43,322 nucleotides of DNA. Origin: Perkinsus olseni (taxonomy: Eukaryota). Under the pieces are notes generated by a model. That model did no database searches. It had not been told where the DNA came from and saw nothing but the letters and a program-made list of their open reading frames with translations. Below are positions 12,644-23,757 of this stretch, piece after piece. The first letter of the stretch is position 1; each line of letters starts with the position of its first letter. The stretch spans positions 1-43,322 of the forward strand of contig JABANN010000281.1 in assembly GCA_013115125.1 (NCBI GenBank), written 5' to 3'. Position numbers and translations under genes: made by a program.

Positions 12644-14709
12644 ATGGCATTCGATATTGGGCCCGTAGATGCTGGGCAAGATACCTCAGTTGAGCCCTCT
12701 TCAGATTCCATCGCTGAGAATAGCAAGTCTCCCACGAGTGGCATGAAGGCTAGTGATCTGCTCAAGCGTATGCTCAAGCTCCGGGGTGACACACACGCTG
12801 CACCGCCGCCGCCGCCGCCTACTGATACGACGACCGCTGCTGCGCTGGAGGTGGGGTCCTTTGGACTTGTAGATTACCATGCTTCCTCGCCAAATGGGCT
12901 ACGACCATAGCGTCAGTGTGGTACTGTTCGCTTGATAGGAGAGACAATGAGTAGTTTGTTAAGGCCAGTGATGCCATCGTAGGGGACAGGACGGTTCTTG
13001 CTTCACTCGCAGGCTCTGAGTGGTTGTGGGTGCTTTGCTGTTCACCCTCATCTCCTCAGGTTAGTGGCGCCCCTCTGCCCGGCGAGATATCGTCAGGGGA
13101 AGAGGCACAGGGAGGTGAAGCGGCATCACCATCACCATCGAGTCACTCTAGCTCGGCTCGACCACCCGCAGGCGACGCGAAGACGTCCTCTGATGAACAG
13201 TCGGAGAGCGCTGAAGGAGACCCCTCGGCGGCCCGGAAGGCTAACCCTAAATCACCCACTAGAAGGGGCTCGTCCGAGACCAAGCCAACCGGTGATTCAC
13301 TTGCGTCTCGCTGTCCACGTTTTTCAACTTCGGGCACCATCCTTTGTCGTCTGCTCAGGCGCTGTGTCGGAGTCGGCCGGTAGTAGTAGCCTGTCTCCGA
13401 GGAAGATACCGTCGCAGGTGGCGGCGCCTGCCGAGGGCGATGAGGAGGAGGAGGAGCATCCAGGCATGCTGCCAGCGGTGAGTACCCCGTTGAATGAACA
13501 GCTGCCATGGCGTATTGAACACGGTGTGCGGGTAGAAGCAAGTTGATTGAGTGCAGCGGAGCGGAGCTAATGTTGCGTGATGATCTCGTCATTTCAGAAG
13601 GAGTTCGTCCCGACTAGCGAGCCCTTGAACGCCAGACAGGTGCGGAAGTTCATCCGATTCCTTGCGGACACAGTCCAAGCTGCCTGCCAGAAGGTCAGGC
13701 TATCCCACACCCCAGGATGCCCGGTAGTGGTCTCCTCTCAGACGATCGATGCTGCGTCGTCAACAGCGGAGGGCAAGAGAGAGTCGGCTGAAGCGGTGGA
13801 GCAGTCCCTGTCGACCGAGGTGGAGAAGCTGAGCAAGTGCCTGGCTGATGACATGACACCGGAAGCATTGGTGAGCTTGGCTACCGGTAGCCGAGAATGA
13901 TAGCAGCGATGCCTGCACAGACACACCACATGATGCACTCGGACAAGGTGTGGAGGGGGGTCAGGCGGCTGTCGAACTCCATTAACAGGGCGAGCGACGA
14001 GGTGAGCACTGAGATGGCCAAGAGCCTTCCGGGGATCGTCAAGGTAGGTCGGAGGTGGCATAACGCTCGCGTGTAGTGGGGCTTGTAGGAGCTCTTCACG
14101 GAGAAGGCGGTCCCTGCTGTGGTGAAGGCCATGCAGCAGAAGATCACCGAAAGTGGGGATCAGCTCAACTCTGTGGGCAGCCTGGCGTAGCGCCTTCCGT
14201 TTTCAGTCGACACCTTCGAGCAGCCGGACTCCACTGTTGCGGGGGGTGCCCTTGACGGTCTCTCGGATAGAATAGTCAGAGTTGATCAGGAGGTCCGCGG
14301 CCTGGGGACTAGGTTAGCGGAGATCGTGGTACGTCAGAAGGGGTGTCGAGGATGATTGTCACTCAGAGGGGATTCATTCAGGCCATACTGCAACGGACTG
14401 AGCAGCAGGCAGGCGAGACCATCACCAACCAACAGGAATCGGTAAGGCCAGTATGGCTCCACCAAGCTGCCCTTGGCCACTGTATACCAGGTCCTTGGCC
14501 TCACTGAAATGATCGAGAGGATGAAGTCTTCGGGTGGAAGCCGCAGTAGGGGAAGCGCAGCGTCTGTGGATGCATCTCAGGTAAAGTGTGATGTATCTCA
14601 GCCGGCGGCTCTGCACTTGTACCGCATCACGGGAATCATTCTAAGTTGTCGGTCAAAGAAAGATTCACCTCCAACCTTCCCCACAATCAGCCAAAATGAC
14701 GCTGATTGA
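12644..14709 (+). CDS. Multi-exon hypothetical protein with disordered Ser/Pro-rich N-half and helical/coiled-coil C-half
   Basis: ATG 12644 (MAFDIGPVDAG). A chain of short exons bounded by GT/AG splices in frame (e.g. QAACQK|TIDAAS, PGIVK|ELFTEK). Stop at 14699 or 14709 depending on the last intron. Confidence 0.6.
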
Positions 14710-14742
14710 ATACGTTATGTTCGGCAATTCATGATCTAATAA

Positions 14743-15004
14743 TAGAGGTGGGCGACAGTACGGGTACGGTCTAGTACGGAGTACAGTACGGGCACGAGTA
14801 CGGCTCCGTACCCATACTTCACGTCGCAGCGGTTCCCAAGTACCGCACTAGAACGCCGTACTCGAAGTAGGGCGTAATTTAATACACCTTGCGTGATTTG
14901 ATGTATGTAATACGTACTAGTTCTCCGTACCCGTACTAGGTTGGCACTTTGAAACGTACACCGTACCGTACTTTCCTTGATCTCAGTACGGTTGCCCAGC
15001 TCTA
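14743..15004. mobile_element. hAT-type non-autonomous element (MITE), 262 bp, 8-bp TSD TCTAATAA
   Basis: 19-bp imperfect TIRs TAGAGGTGGGCGACAGTAC / GTACGGTTGCCCAGCTCTA (16/19 match). Identical TCTAATAA at 14735-14742 and 15005-15012. Many subterminal GTACGG/CCGTAC motifs. Confidence 0.9.
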
Positions 15005-15063
15005 TCTAATAATCCACATTACACAAGGCGGGAAAGAAAAATTGAACCGGCTTTCCACGCCCT

Positions 15064-16991
15064 ATGGAGGGTACTTCGTTCGGGTTGGCCGCGGTACGGT
15101 CCTAAGATTGGTCATCGCAGTTCCGTGGTGGTCGTGGTGGTCCTCTCTGTGGCGTCTGACCGCTACCCACTGTTCAGGTCTCAGCCGCCGTGGCCATTGG
15201 CCTCCAGGATGACATTGCGCACCTGAACAACCTGGCGAGTCATCTCAGAGCTGAGATAGACAGTCTCAAGAGTGGTGAAGGTGAGGGTGTAGCCCGGAGG
15301 GTCGTCTTCAGTGGAGGCCAAGTGTAGGCACGCCAGGTGAAGCTCCGCCGAGCTCGTCGTATTTGCAGCCGGACCCCAGGCCCGATTGGCAAAGGGTTAA
15401 GGAATATCTCAGGTCAGAGGGGATTCTGAATCTTGCAAGCTTCAACCTAAGAAGCGCTCTTGTTGAGTGCTGCTGCCAAAGCTCAGCTGGTATACATCTA
15501 GGGCGGTCGCTCTACAATCTATACTAACACTCTAGAGAGTGTTAGTTGCTACATCTGTCGTGGTGGTGGTGGCTCCTGATGAGCAGTCGGTTGGTGTTTG
15601 TTCAGGTCACAACAGTATCATTGGGCGGTCGCTACTGCCCTTGAGCTCCGAGAGAACGCAGCAAGTGTCCTGGTAAGAGACCCGGCCTTTTGGTCTTCAT
15701 TAGGAGTTGCCTCCTCTCGTGGCAGCCCCCAGTGCAGCCTGCTAGTCTCCGCGAAGATCTCGTCGGCTTTGCCTGTTGCGAAGTCGACAAGTTGGCCACT
15801 GTGGACTCATTTGTACGGAGTGTGGCGGGCGTTGGTAAGAGGCCACAGCCCCTCGTCATTGTCTTCACTCATCCCGGTGTCATTGAAATGCTCGGTCAGA
15901 TTCGCCCTCTCGGACGTGGCCACAGGAGAAGTGCGATCGGCTCAATCTGGCGTTGATGCAGATGCTCCGTCTGGTCGACTACCTCGTGTGGGCCAGCAGC
16001 ACGTCCACCTCTCCAGAGGACCTCCGTAGCCTGGAGTCAGTTGTCAGAGTTATTGGGTGAGTCTGTCGTCACTGCATGCAGCTCAGCAAGACGTCTTCGT
16101 CAGACTCGATGCCGACGCAGTAGAGGAGCTGTGCAGCGCTGGCGCTGCGGAGAGGCCGGACATGGTCAAGCAGAGCCTCTCTAGAGTTATCGCCCGTCTA
16201 CGTGCTGTTAAATGCCGATCGTCGGGGGTGAGTCTGATGTCGCTGTTTTTCTGTGATGATCACGGATCAACCTCAGATGCGCCTTGCTGTCACTGAGCTC
16301 CGCTCTCACTTGCTGAGTATACAGAACGAAGGTGTCTTTCGGCGTCCGCAGATATCAGGCAGTAAACCATTCCGGTATCTTCGGCTGCAATGACTCGGTT
16401 CTGCTGCTGTTCAGTCCCCGCTGCCATGCTGCCGGGGGGCAGCTCTGGGAGTGGGATGTCGCCCCTGATGAGCGATGCCATGCGGAGCCCATTAGGATCG
16501 AACGCGAGATATTAATGACGCGGGCCGATTTACTTTTAACACTGCAGTCGAGGACTGCTCAGGAGATCTTCCAATATTCCAGTTTACTGTTTAGAGTACC
16601 ATTCGGTTGCTTGTGTCTCCTTCCGGTGTGAACAGACATTGCCTTGCTAGTTTATAAGAATGCGATTCAATCAGGAGTTGCTTAGAGTACCTGTGGAGCG
16701 TTTAGAAGGATCGTCGAGTCGCTGGATTTGTTCGGCTTGCAGGGCTCGTTCGTTGAGGTGTCGGTGGTTCTCGGGCTCATGGGGAGAGACCCTGGGACGC
16801 GAAGGTAGCTGAGTTGCTGCAGGGCGAGCCACGCTCGAAAACTCGTAGAACTCCATTCTACCAACCCCCTCCCTCACCACTGTTGGCCGCGCTGCATGTA
16901 CTCCCGTTCGTGAGAAAGAACCAAGCTGGCGATTATCACCTGCGTTGACGAGTCCTGTCGATCTGCATGCTCAGGCATGAACAGTCTGTGA
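15064..16991 (+). CDS. Multi-exon hypothetical protein (3' end uncertain)
   Basis: ATG 15064: MEGTSFGLAA|VSAAVAIGLQDDIAHLNNLASHLRAEIDSLKSGE|GTPGEAPP..., with further short GT-AG-bounded exons. No recognisable domain. Confidence 0.45.
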
Positions 16992-17092
16992 TTGCCCCGA
17001 GGAGTTCTCCCTCGGGAGTCCAGAGTCGGGACTCCCTGATGCACTCATCCAGCGTTCGGTCCGAGCTTAGTTTTATACGCCTCCTCTTTCTC

Positions 17093-19087
17093 ATGCATTT
17101 AGAAGACGATTTATCAGCCATCAGAAAGTCGATGGACGACCGAGCGAATGCTGGTGATATCATAATAGCCCTCAACCGGGACTTCATCAAGCTACACGTC
17201 GTCGCCACCGAGTTCAGGGAGGCCATCCTGTCGCTACAGGTTTGAAGGGGCCTGGCGACCCGTGCGGTTTCTGATTGTCTGTGAGCTCAGTTTCCCCTCG
17301 AAGGCGTGAGGTACCCTGACGCCCCGGCTATCGTGGACGTGTCCTCCACTCACCTCTCCGCAGTTGCATGTGGGAAGCTGAGTAAAATGGTGGACAGAGT
17401 CGCCCAGGAGCACGCCAAAAAGGGGGAGGACCACGTGAGGTTCCCGAACGACGTCGGACATGCGGTTATCGTCACCAACAGGTTTTGCTCTGCATAAAGC
17501 TCTTTCGAGATGTCATGCGGAAGTCGATATTGCTGCCTTGCATGGAGGAGTTGGATTTGCTGAGGAAGGATATTCTGAAGGAAGGGGACGAGATGAAGCT
17601 GGTAGACAGCAAGGGGAAGATACATCTGACGGTGAGTGTCTCTCGAAGTGGAAGGCTTTGCGACGGTCCGAGTGGAGGGACGGTCTTCTCAGATTCACGA
17701 GGGAGCGATGTGTGTGAAGTTCGACTTGAAGGTCCCAGCTGAGTAGGACGGGAAACCCTGTATGGACTGGGACCCCCGGCCCTACTACCATCTTCTTCTC
17801 TCGTCTCGTTGTGGCGGTTTAGAGCACGCCCGCCATCGCACCCGGTGCCTCCGTAATGGGGCAATCTCTTTCCCATGAAGATTCCCATTTACCACCTCTG
17901 CGTTGGGGCGAGTTGTGAATATTCGCGCTCCCAGGTACCCCTATGAACCCGTGGCAGTGACTATGGTTAACTCAACCTTCGCTCCCCATCTCAATGAGAT
18001 GTTCTTCGGCCAGGCTCAGGACTTTTGCCGGCGGTGTACCAAAGGCCAGACCCTCTCTACTTCCCTGAGGTGGTGCCATTGAACACAGAAGGCTGTGAGT
18101 TTCTTGAACGTTTCCGTGACCAGGTCGAGCGACCCGGCTAAGCCGAGCAAGTCCGTAGTGAAGCTGTCCCTGGCGCAGTAAGTGACGGTTGCTTGGAAGT
18201 CATCCAGTCGTAGCTTGCAGGTACAAGCATGATGTAGCATTCCTGAAAGAGCGGAAGGAGAAGGCCGCACATGTGACCAATAAAGTTGGTCGACGTGCGG
18301 TACGGTACTTCGAGAAGACCGAGTGGGCAGCGGAACTCGAGAAAGAGGTCGGGTGGCGCGCCTCACACCGTACAAAACCGACCCGTTATTTCAGCAAAAG
18401 CAAGCAGCATTAGAGAAGGCGATGTCGCAGCACAAGCAGCCGCCGCCCATCCTGTCCGTTTACCCCGTCACTGAGTTCCTGACCGCCAAATTCATTCACT
18501 TGGTGCCCAATATGAAAGTAACGCCTCTCGCTCCACCGTAAATCCCAGCTTTTTTTGTTAGTGCTCTTCCTGCGGCAAGCGGGTTCTTGCCAACATCGTC
18601 TCGGACGACCAGACGACGCCGTCTGAGGACACTGCGGAGAGGGCATACTGTGGCCACTGGTTTCATGGCAGTTGCTTGGTGGGGTCGAACCTGGGTCGTC
18701 ATCCGACTAATCGACCGATTGGCCTCGCTATTGTGTGTAGGATAAGCTGATGACGACTCCTCCCTTCGGTATGAGCTGCCCTGATAAGGACTGTGGTTGG
18801 AGGATCTATCACAACAAGTACACCAGGGATCAGAAGGTAAGACAATGGGCTGCCGTCCGTCATAATCATTAATCGCTTTCTTGAATGGGATGAGTGTAGT
18901 CCATTTCCGCGCCAACGGTAGTCTTATAAACAGCACTTTGCTGTAGAGGGTCTCCCTTGGGGCATCACTACGTTGTTGTCGAGAATGCTGTTGTCAGTTC
19001 CTAGAGAAGCAATGGGCGATGGCAGAGGCTCGGAAGAGGGAGTTGGAGGACGTCATGGACTTTGCTAGGGACATAGACCGTCTTTAA
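17093..19087 (+). CDS. RWD-like + C-terminal RING-H2 protein (putative E3 ubiquitin ligase; conserved uncharacterised eukaryotic family)
   Basis: Spliced product has two RWD-type YPxxP motifs (LQFPLEGVRYPDAP; LKVPAE|YPYEP across intron 17743-17934). It ends CSSC...AYCGHWFHGSCL|DKLMTTPPFGMSCPDKDCGWRIYH...RKRELEDVMDFARDIDRL*. Confidence 0.8.
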
Positions 19088-19369
19088 GTTTCTTCACAAC
19101 GTATGTACAGCCCTTGTGCCATCGTTCTTGTTTTGTCAATTGATCAAAGGGGATGGGTATTAGTGATGGATGCTAAGTGGTATCAGGCGGGATTTGACAG
19201 ATGAGGATTATGACAGGTATTTGGTATCTTTCTATAGTCAACCTAAGATACGGGGTGTAAAAACTGAGTTTTGCCACGCGTGCAAGAAGTTCCGGACCAA
19301 CGACGATCACCCGACAATACTTTCAGTTGGAGATTTATCGGTAGAGGCCCCATTGGTTTCTCTCTGGTC

Positions 19370-21366
19370 ATGAAGGCCTTCCTGTGGCTGCTCCCACTGA
19401 TCTGCTCTGCCACTCGACGAGGAGCAGGGCAGTCCTGTACCGTCAGACATCAGTTGAACGATCGTCAAGCACACGACTTGGAAATGCTTCTGGTCGGCGG
19501 CTTCGCTCCGCTAAAAGGCTTCATGAACCGCTCTGACTATGACGGTGTTGTCGAGCGGATGCGCCTCAGCACCGGAGAATTGTGGCCCTTACCGGTGACC
19601 CTCGATACAAGCAACGCCTCCAACTTCGTCGTGGGCACCTGCGCTACTTTGCTGGATACTTTCGGAAATCCTGTAGCGAGGTTGAAGGTAGAGGACGTCT
19701 GGCGACCGAACAAGACCCTCGAAGCGCTGCGGTGTTACGGCACACTCAACCGCTACGACCATCCAGCTGTGAAGTATCTCATGGTCCACGCTGGGGACTT
19801 CTATGTTGCTGGTGAGGTGGAGGGTCTGCAGCTGCCCACCCACTGGGATCTCGAGGAGGTTCGAAGGGCCCCTGCTGCGGTGCGAGCAGAGATCGCTCGG
19901 CGGAACTGGACGGAAGTGGTGGCTTTCCAGACCCGCAACCCGATGCACTACGCTCATGTTGAGCTGGTCCTGAGGGCGCTGCGGGCTAACCCGGGCAGAG
20001 GCTTGCTTCTGCATCCTGTGGTGGGGCCTACCAAGCCTGACGACATCCCTTATGATGTGAGATTTCAGTGTTATGAGAGCCTTCTCAGTGACGGTTTGCT
20101 CCCTCAAGACCGTGTCCTGCTGTCTGCACTGCCGCTGGCTATGAGACTAGCGGGCCCTAGAGAGGCCTTGCTGCACGCCATCATAAGAAGGAATTACGGT
20201 GCCACCCACTTCATCGTGGGGAGGGACCATGCCGGCTGCAAGGACTCTGCCGGGCAAGACTTTTACGAACCTTTTGCGGCTGCTGACCTCGCCAAGTCCC
20301 TAGAGCCCGAGCTTGGCATCACGATCATAACACCCGAAGCTGAGCTTGTCTACGCCGTTGGTCGGGGGTATATGCCGGCCTCCCTTGCTGGACCGGATGA
20401 TACCCTGAGGAAGATCAGTGGCACGGAGATGAGGTCGCTGCTCGACAGAGGAGAGACCCTGCCGGAGTGGTTCACGCCGCCGGGAGTTGCCCAGATCCTG
20501 CGCCGGTACGAACGAGCGATGGGGATGCGGTTGGAAGGCGTCGTTAGGTACATCATTCCTGCTAGCATGCGCGGGCTCGCAGTGCTGGTCAGTGGCCGTT
20601 CTGGCAGTGGTAAAACTACGCTTGTGAAGAGCTTGCGAGGGCCCTTGAGGGAGCGACGTGGACCAGTGACTGTGCTCGACGGGGATCAAGTCAGACTGAG
20701 CGGCGCCAGCGAGAGGGGGCAACCGCGATGATCGTGGCTCAGACTCGTCAGCTGATCTCAGCGGGCCTCTCGCATTCTAGAGAAGACCGGCTGGCTCATG
20801 CTGCCCGGATGGGTTACATTGCCGGGGAGATCGTGGAGCACAGAGGCCTTGTCCTGCTCAGCTTGGTGGCACCGTGGGTTGTCTGATTGGGGTTGAGTAC
20901 AGGTGTTTGCTCAGGTACCGCGATTTTAGGCAGATCATTAGGGACCTGGTCACGGCCAACGGAGGGAATTTCCTGCATATACACATGAACACGTCCAAAG
21001 CTGATTGCGCAACTCGTGATAGAAAAAGCATCTACTCGTCATATGGTAATTCCATAGTCGTACCGCTCAGCTCGAGGACGCGAAGATCATAGGCAACTCC
21101 TGGGCCGTGAGCCTTCTTGGCGTATCGTACGTGTGACACGTAACGTGTGCTCCCGCTTTTGACTAGCAGTTTGTTCAGGTAGTGAGCCCCAAGCGCAGCA
21201 CGCGTATGACGATTGGATGGAGGATGACTACGAGATTCCCTCATCACTGGAGAGGACAGATCTGTTCCTGAGTGGTCTGAGTGACACGGACGAGAACAGG
21301 GACACAGTGTTGGCACTGCTACAGGAACTTGGTCTCGTGAATGCATCCTCTCCCGAGGATACCTGA
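19370..21366 (+). CDS. sat: ATP sulfurylase (sulfate adenylyltransferase) fused to a C-terminal APS kinase-like domain
   Basis: GGFAPLKGFM, AFQTRNPMHYAH, MRLAGPREALLHAIIRRNYGATHFIVGRDHAG, ISGTEMR, LPEWF motifs, then P-loop GRSGSGKTT, LDGD, APYR, RDRK, YEIP. Exon 1 is 19370-20689; introns 20690-20742, 20874-20914, 21046-21178. Confidence 0.95.
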
Positions 21367-21647
21367 ATATTGTGTCCTGTGGTTCCTTCCCTTCCCACTG
21401 TAAGCCATGATACGTTTCGTGAATATTTTTTGGGACGGAACAGGATGCTAGTCAGAGTTAACTGCGTGTCCGGTGTAAAAGTGTTTGAGTGATGAGGGGA
21501 GTCGTGAATCAACGCAGACATCTTAACTCACCAACAACAACAGCAATCCGTTATCACAGCCTTCATGCAGAACATCCGATTAGAACAAGATAAACTGATA
21601 AATATTTTAGGTACTTCCACCTGGCTCAGAGCTGTATTCAGACAAAC

Positions 21648-22883
21648 TCACTGCATCATTTTTCTCAATCTCTTGCGCGGTGACTCATCATCGTGATGTA
21701 CCATCGAGGAGGGTCTCACCGTTCCGGGCATTCTATTGACCTCTTCTTGCTGGTCGTCATCGACGGAGTCGTCGTCACTATATCTCATCGCCGCTCGTAC
21801 CGGACCTATCTTAATGTACCAGACTGAGTCCAAGTAGCAGAGGAAAATACCGCGGACGTCCAGCCTCTTGATCTTCAACGCCTCAGCAACGGAAGTGGCG
21901 AAGTCGCGCAGAGGACCGTCATTATTATCAATCAGAAATATCCAACGTTTTTTCAACTGGACCAGAACCATGCCTCTTTCCAATTCGGTATTCGAGAGAA
22001 TAAAGCCACTATGCGAGAGTGGCAGAGGTGGAAGTGAAATAGCAGTGAGGTTGGCCCCAGGGAATCTCTTATCACGATACGTGTACTTCTTGTAGTGGTC
22101 GTTGATCGTAAGATTTACTGGCTTCATCGAGGTGGAAGTGATAATCAGCTCCGCCTGTCTCGCCACTAAAGCCGTTTCCTTGATGACCACGTAGATATCG
22201 TCCTCAGCCCGGCCATTCTTCACGAGAGTACCAACCCGTGGCAGGATGAGTCGATCGACGGTAAGAGCTTTATACGACGAAGGCAAGCTCGGACGACGTA
22301 TCGGAGTGACGGTATTCTCCATCAACATAGGGAGCGATAACGAGGCTGGCTCGAGGATAATGGGATTCAGTAACCTCGCAGTGCCTTGCTGTTCGCCTAG
22401 TGATACAGCCAAGTACATCACCAACTCCTCTCGTACTGAGCAAATAGTTATTGCCTTTTCCACATTGTTTCTGAGAGGCAGATTTATTCGCAGCTCGCTG
22501 TACATCGTTGAGGTCACAGTGAAAAGCTCTTTTATCTGTTTACTAGTCCCCGGCGCGAACGTGAGACACTCTTGAGAGCCTACAAGTTCAGGGGCGAGGA
22601 GCTTAAGAGTCGACCTAGTGCTGCTGATATCGCAGTGCTCACTCATCGACAGTACTAGGTCGCGGTCGCGGAAAGAACCTGCCATCTTCAACTTCGCTTT
22701 GCCTTCCTGGCGGCGCTCGCTTCCCTTCACATCGAGCTCGATGGCCTTCAGAAGACCGTAACCGACGATCGGGTCTCGGTTTTTATAAATTCCGTGAGGA
22801 AGCTTGAGGAACTTTCCGTTGCCTAAAGCCGCCAAATATAACAGAACACGCCCGAGCTGTCCAGCAGTGGGTAGCATCACCAT
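21648..22883 (-). CDS. Intronless hypothetical protein with signal-peptide-like N-terminus, 411 aa
   Basis: Long intact ORF. Hydrophobic leader (GRVLLYLAALGNG), acidic then basic C-tail (SPRKRLRK). No recognisable domain. Confidence 0.75.
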   Translation of the reverse strand: MVMLPTAGQLGRVLLYLAALGNGKFLKLPHGIYKNRDPIVGYGLLKAIELDVKGSERRQEGKAKLKMAGSFRDRDLVLSMSEHCDISSTRSTLKLLAPELVGSQECLTFAPGTSKQIKELFTVTSTMYSELRINLPLRNNVEKAITICSVREELVMYLAVSLGEQQGTARLLNPIILEPASLSLPMLMENTVTPIRRPSLPSSYKALTVDRLILPRVGTLVKNGRAEDDIYVVIKETALVARQAELIITSTSMKPVNLTINDHYKKYTYRDKRFPGANLTAISLPPLPLSHSGFILSNTELERGMVLVQLKKRWIFLIDNNDGPLRDFATSVAEALKIKRLDVRGIFLCYLDSVWYIKIGPVRAAMRYSDDDSVDDDQQEEVNRMPGTVRPSSMVHHDDESPRKRLRKMMQ

Positions 22884-23185
22884 GAGGGCAGTGGGAAAAG
22901 CCTGAATCCGAAGAACACCTGAGTCTGTGCGTTGGAGAATAAACGTTCACCATCTCAGCGTCGTTTAAGTTTTTTACCGGGCTACGCCCCCTCGGAAACG
23001 CGCTCGACTGGACTCACAAGAAGTACAGGCTACCGCGAATTTTCAGGAGACGGAACTCTTCACAGCGCAGAAATCGGGGTCGCGCCGATTATTGGGCGAG
23101 CGCTTTTTACAGTGAATCGACTGAATATTGGAACCTAACACTCGAGTCAGATCATTACTCTCGTAGTTGGTAGTATTCTCCTGTA

Positions 23186-23549
23186 ATGCTACGCCGTGCG
23201 TTCGTGAGGCTGCGTGGATCGGTGTTCCAAATGCCGTCCAGTCCAGTGTATCCTCTCACTACCACTAAGAAGGTAGCCCCGCCCACGGCCCTGGCTAAGA
23301 AGACTCCAGAGCAACCATTCGGATGGGGGTCGCCTGTTAGGGAAGATCGGGCTTGGAAAGTTGGTAAGGCGGCATTGATTCCAACGAAATGGTGTAGTTA
23401 ATTTGGTCGCTGTCTCAGTGCCGAGGAACTTCATTATTCTCGTCATTCTCTACCTCACTGGTTGGGCCGCCATCCGTACCATGTTGCCGAGAGGGGGGAG
23501 TATCCTGGGACAGATCTACGGTGGTCCGCCTAAGGGACGACTCATCTAA
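23186..23549 (+). CDS. Small single-TM protein with mitochondrial presequence-like N-terminus (2 exons, ~102 aa)
   Basis: MLRRAFVRLRGS leader. One GT-AG intron joins AWKV|VPRNFIILVILYLTGWAAIRTMLPRGGSILGQIYGGPPKGRLI*. Confidence 0.75.
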
Positions 23550-23757
23550 CCCGACTATCTGCCTTCTACTTGTACACGGCACTCCTGGGGGTGCCCCGTT
23601 ATGGCGATAAGAGTCCGTAGAAGCTCATGATGGATATTTGAATATGGTTTTGTTATATCACCAACCAGTACTGCTGCTGTTGTTGTTGTGTTTAGTACTT
23701 CTTCTGTGGAGTGCGATGGGACGACAGTTGGATAGTTGTTTTCCCGTTAATTAGAGA

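Noticed and set aside
19271-19369. N-terminal extension of the ATP sulfurylase ORF in the track
   Set aside because: Starts at a non-ATG codon; the first ATG is at 19370. The track's stop at 20731 lies in an intron.
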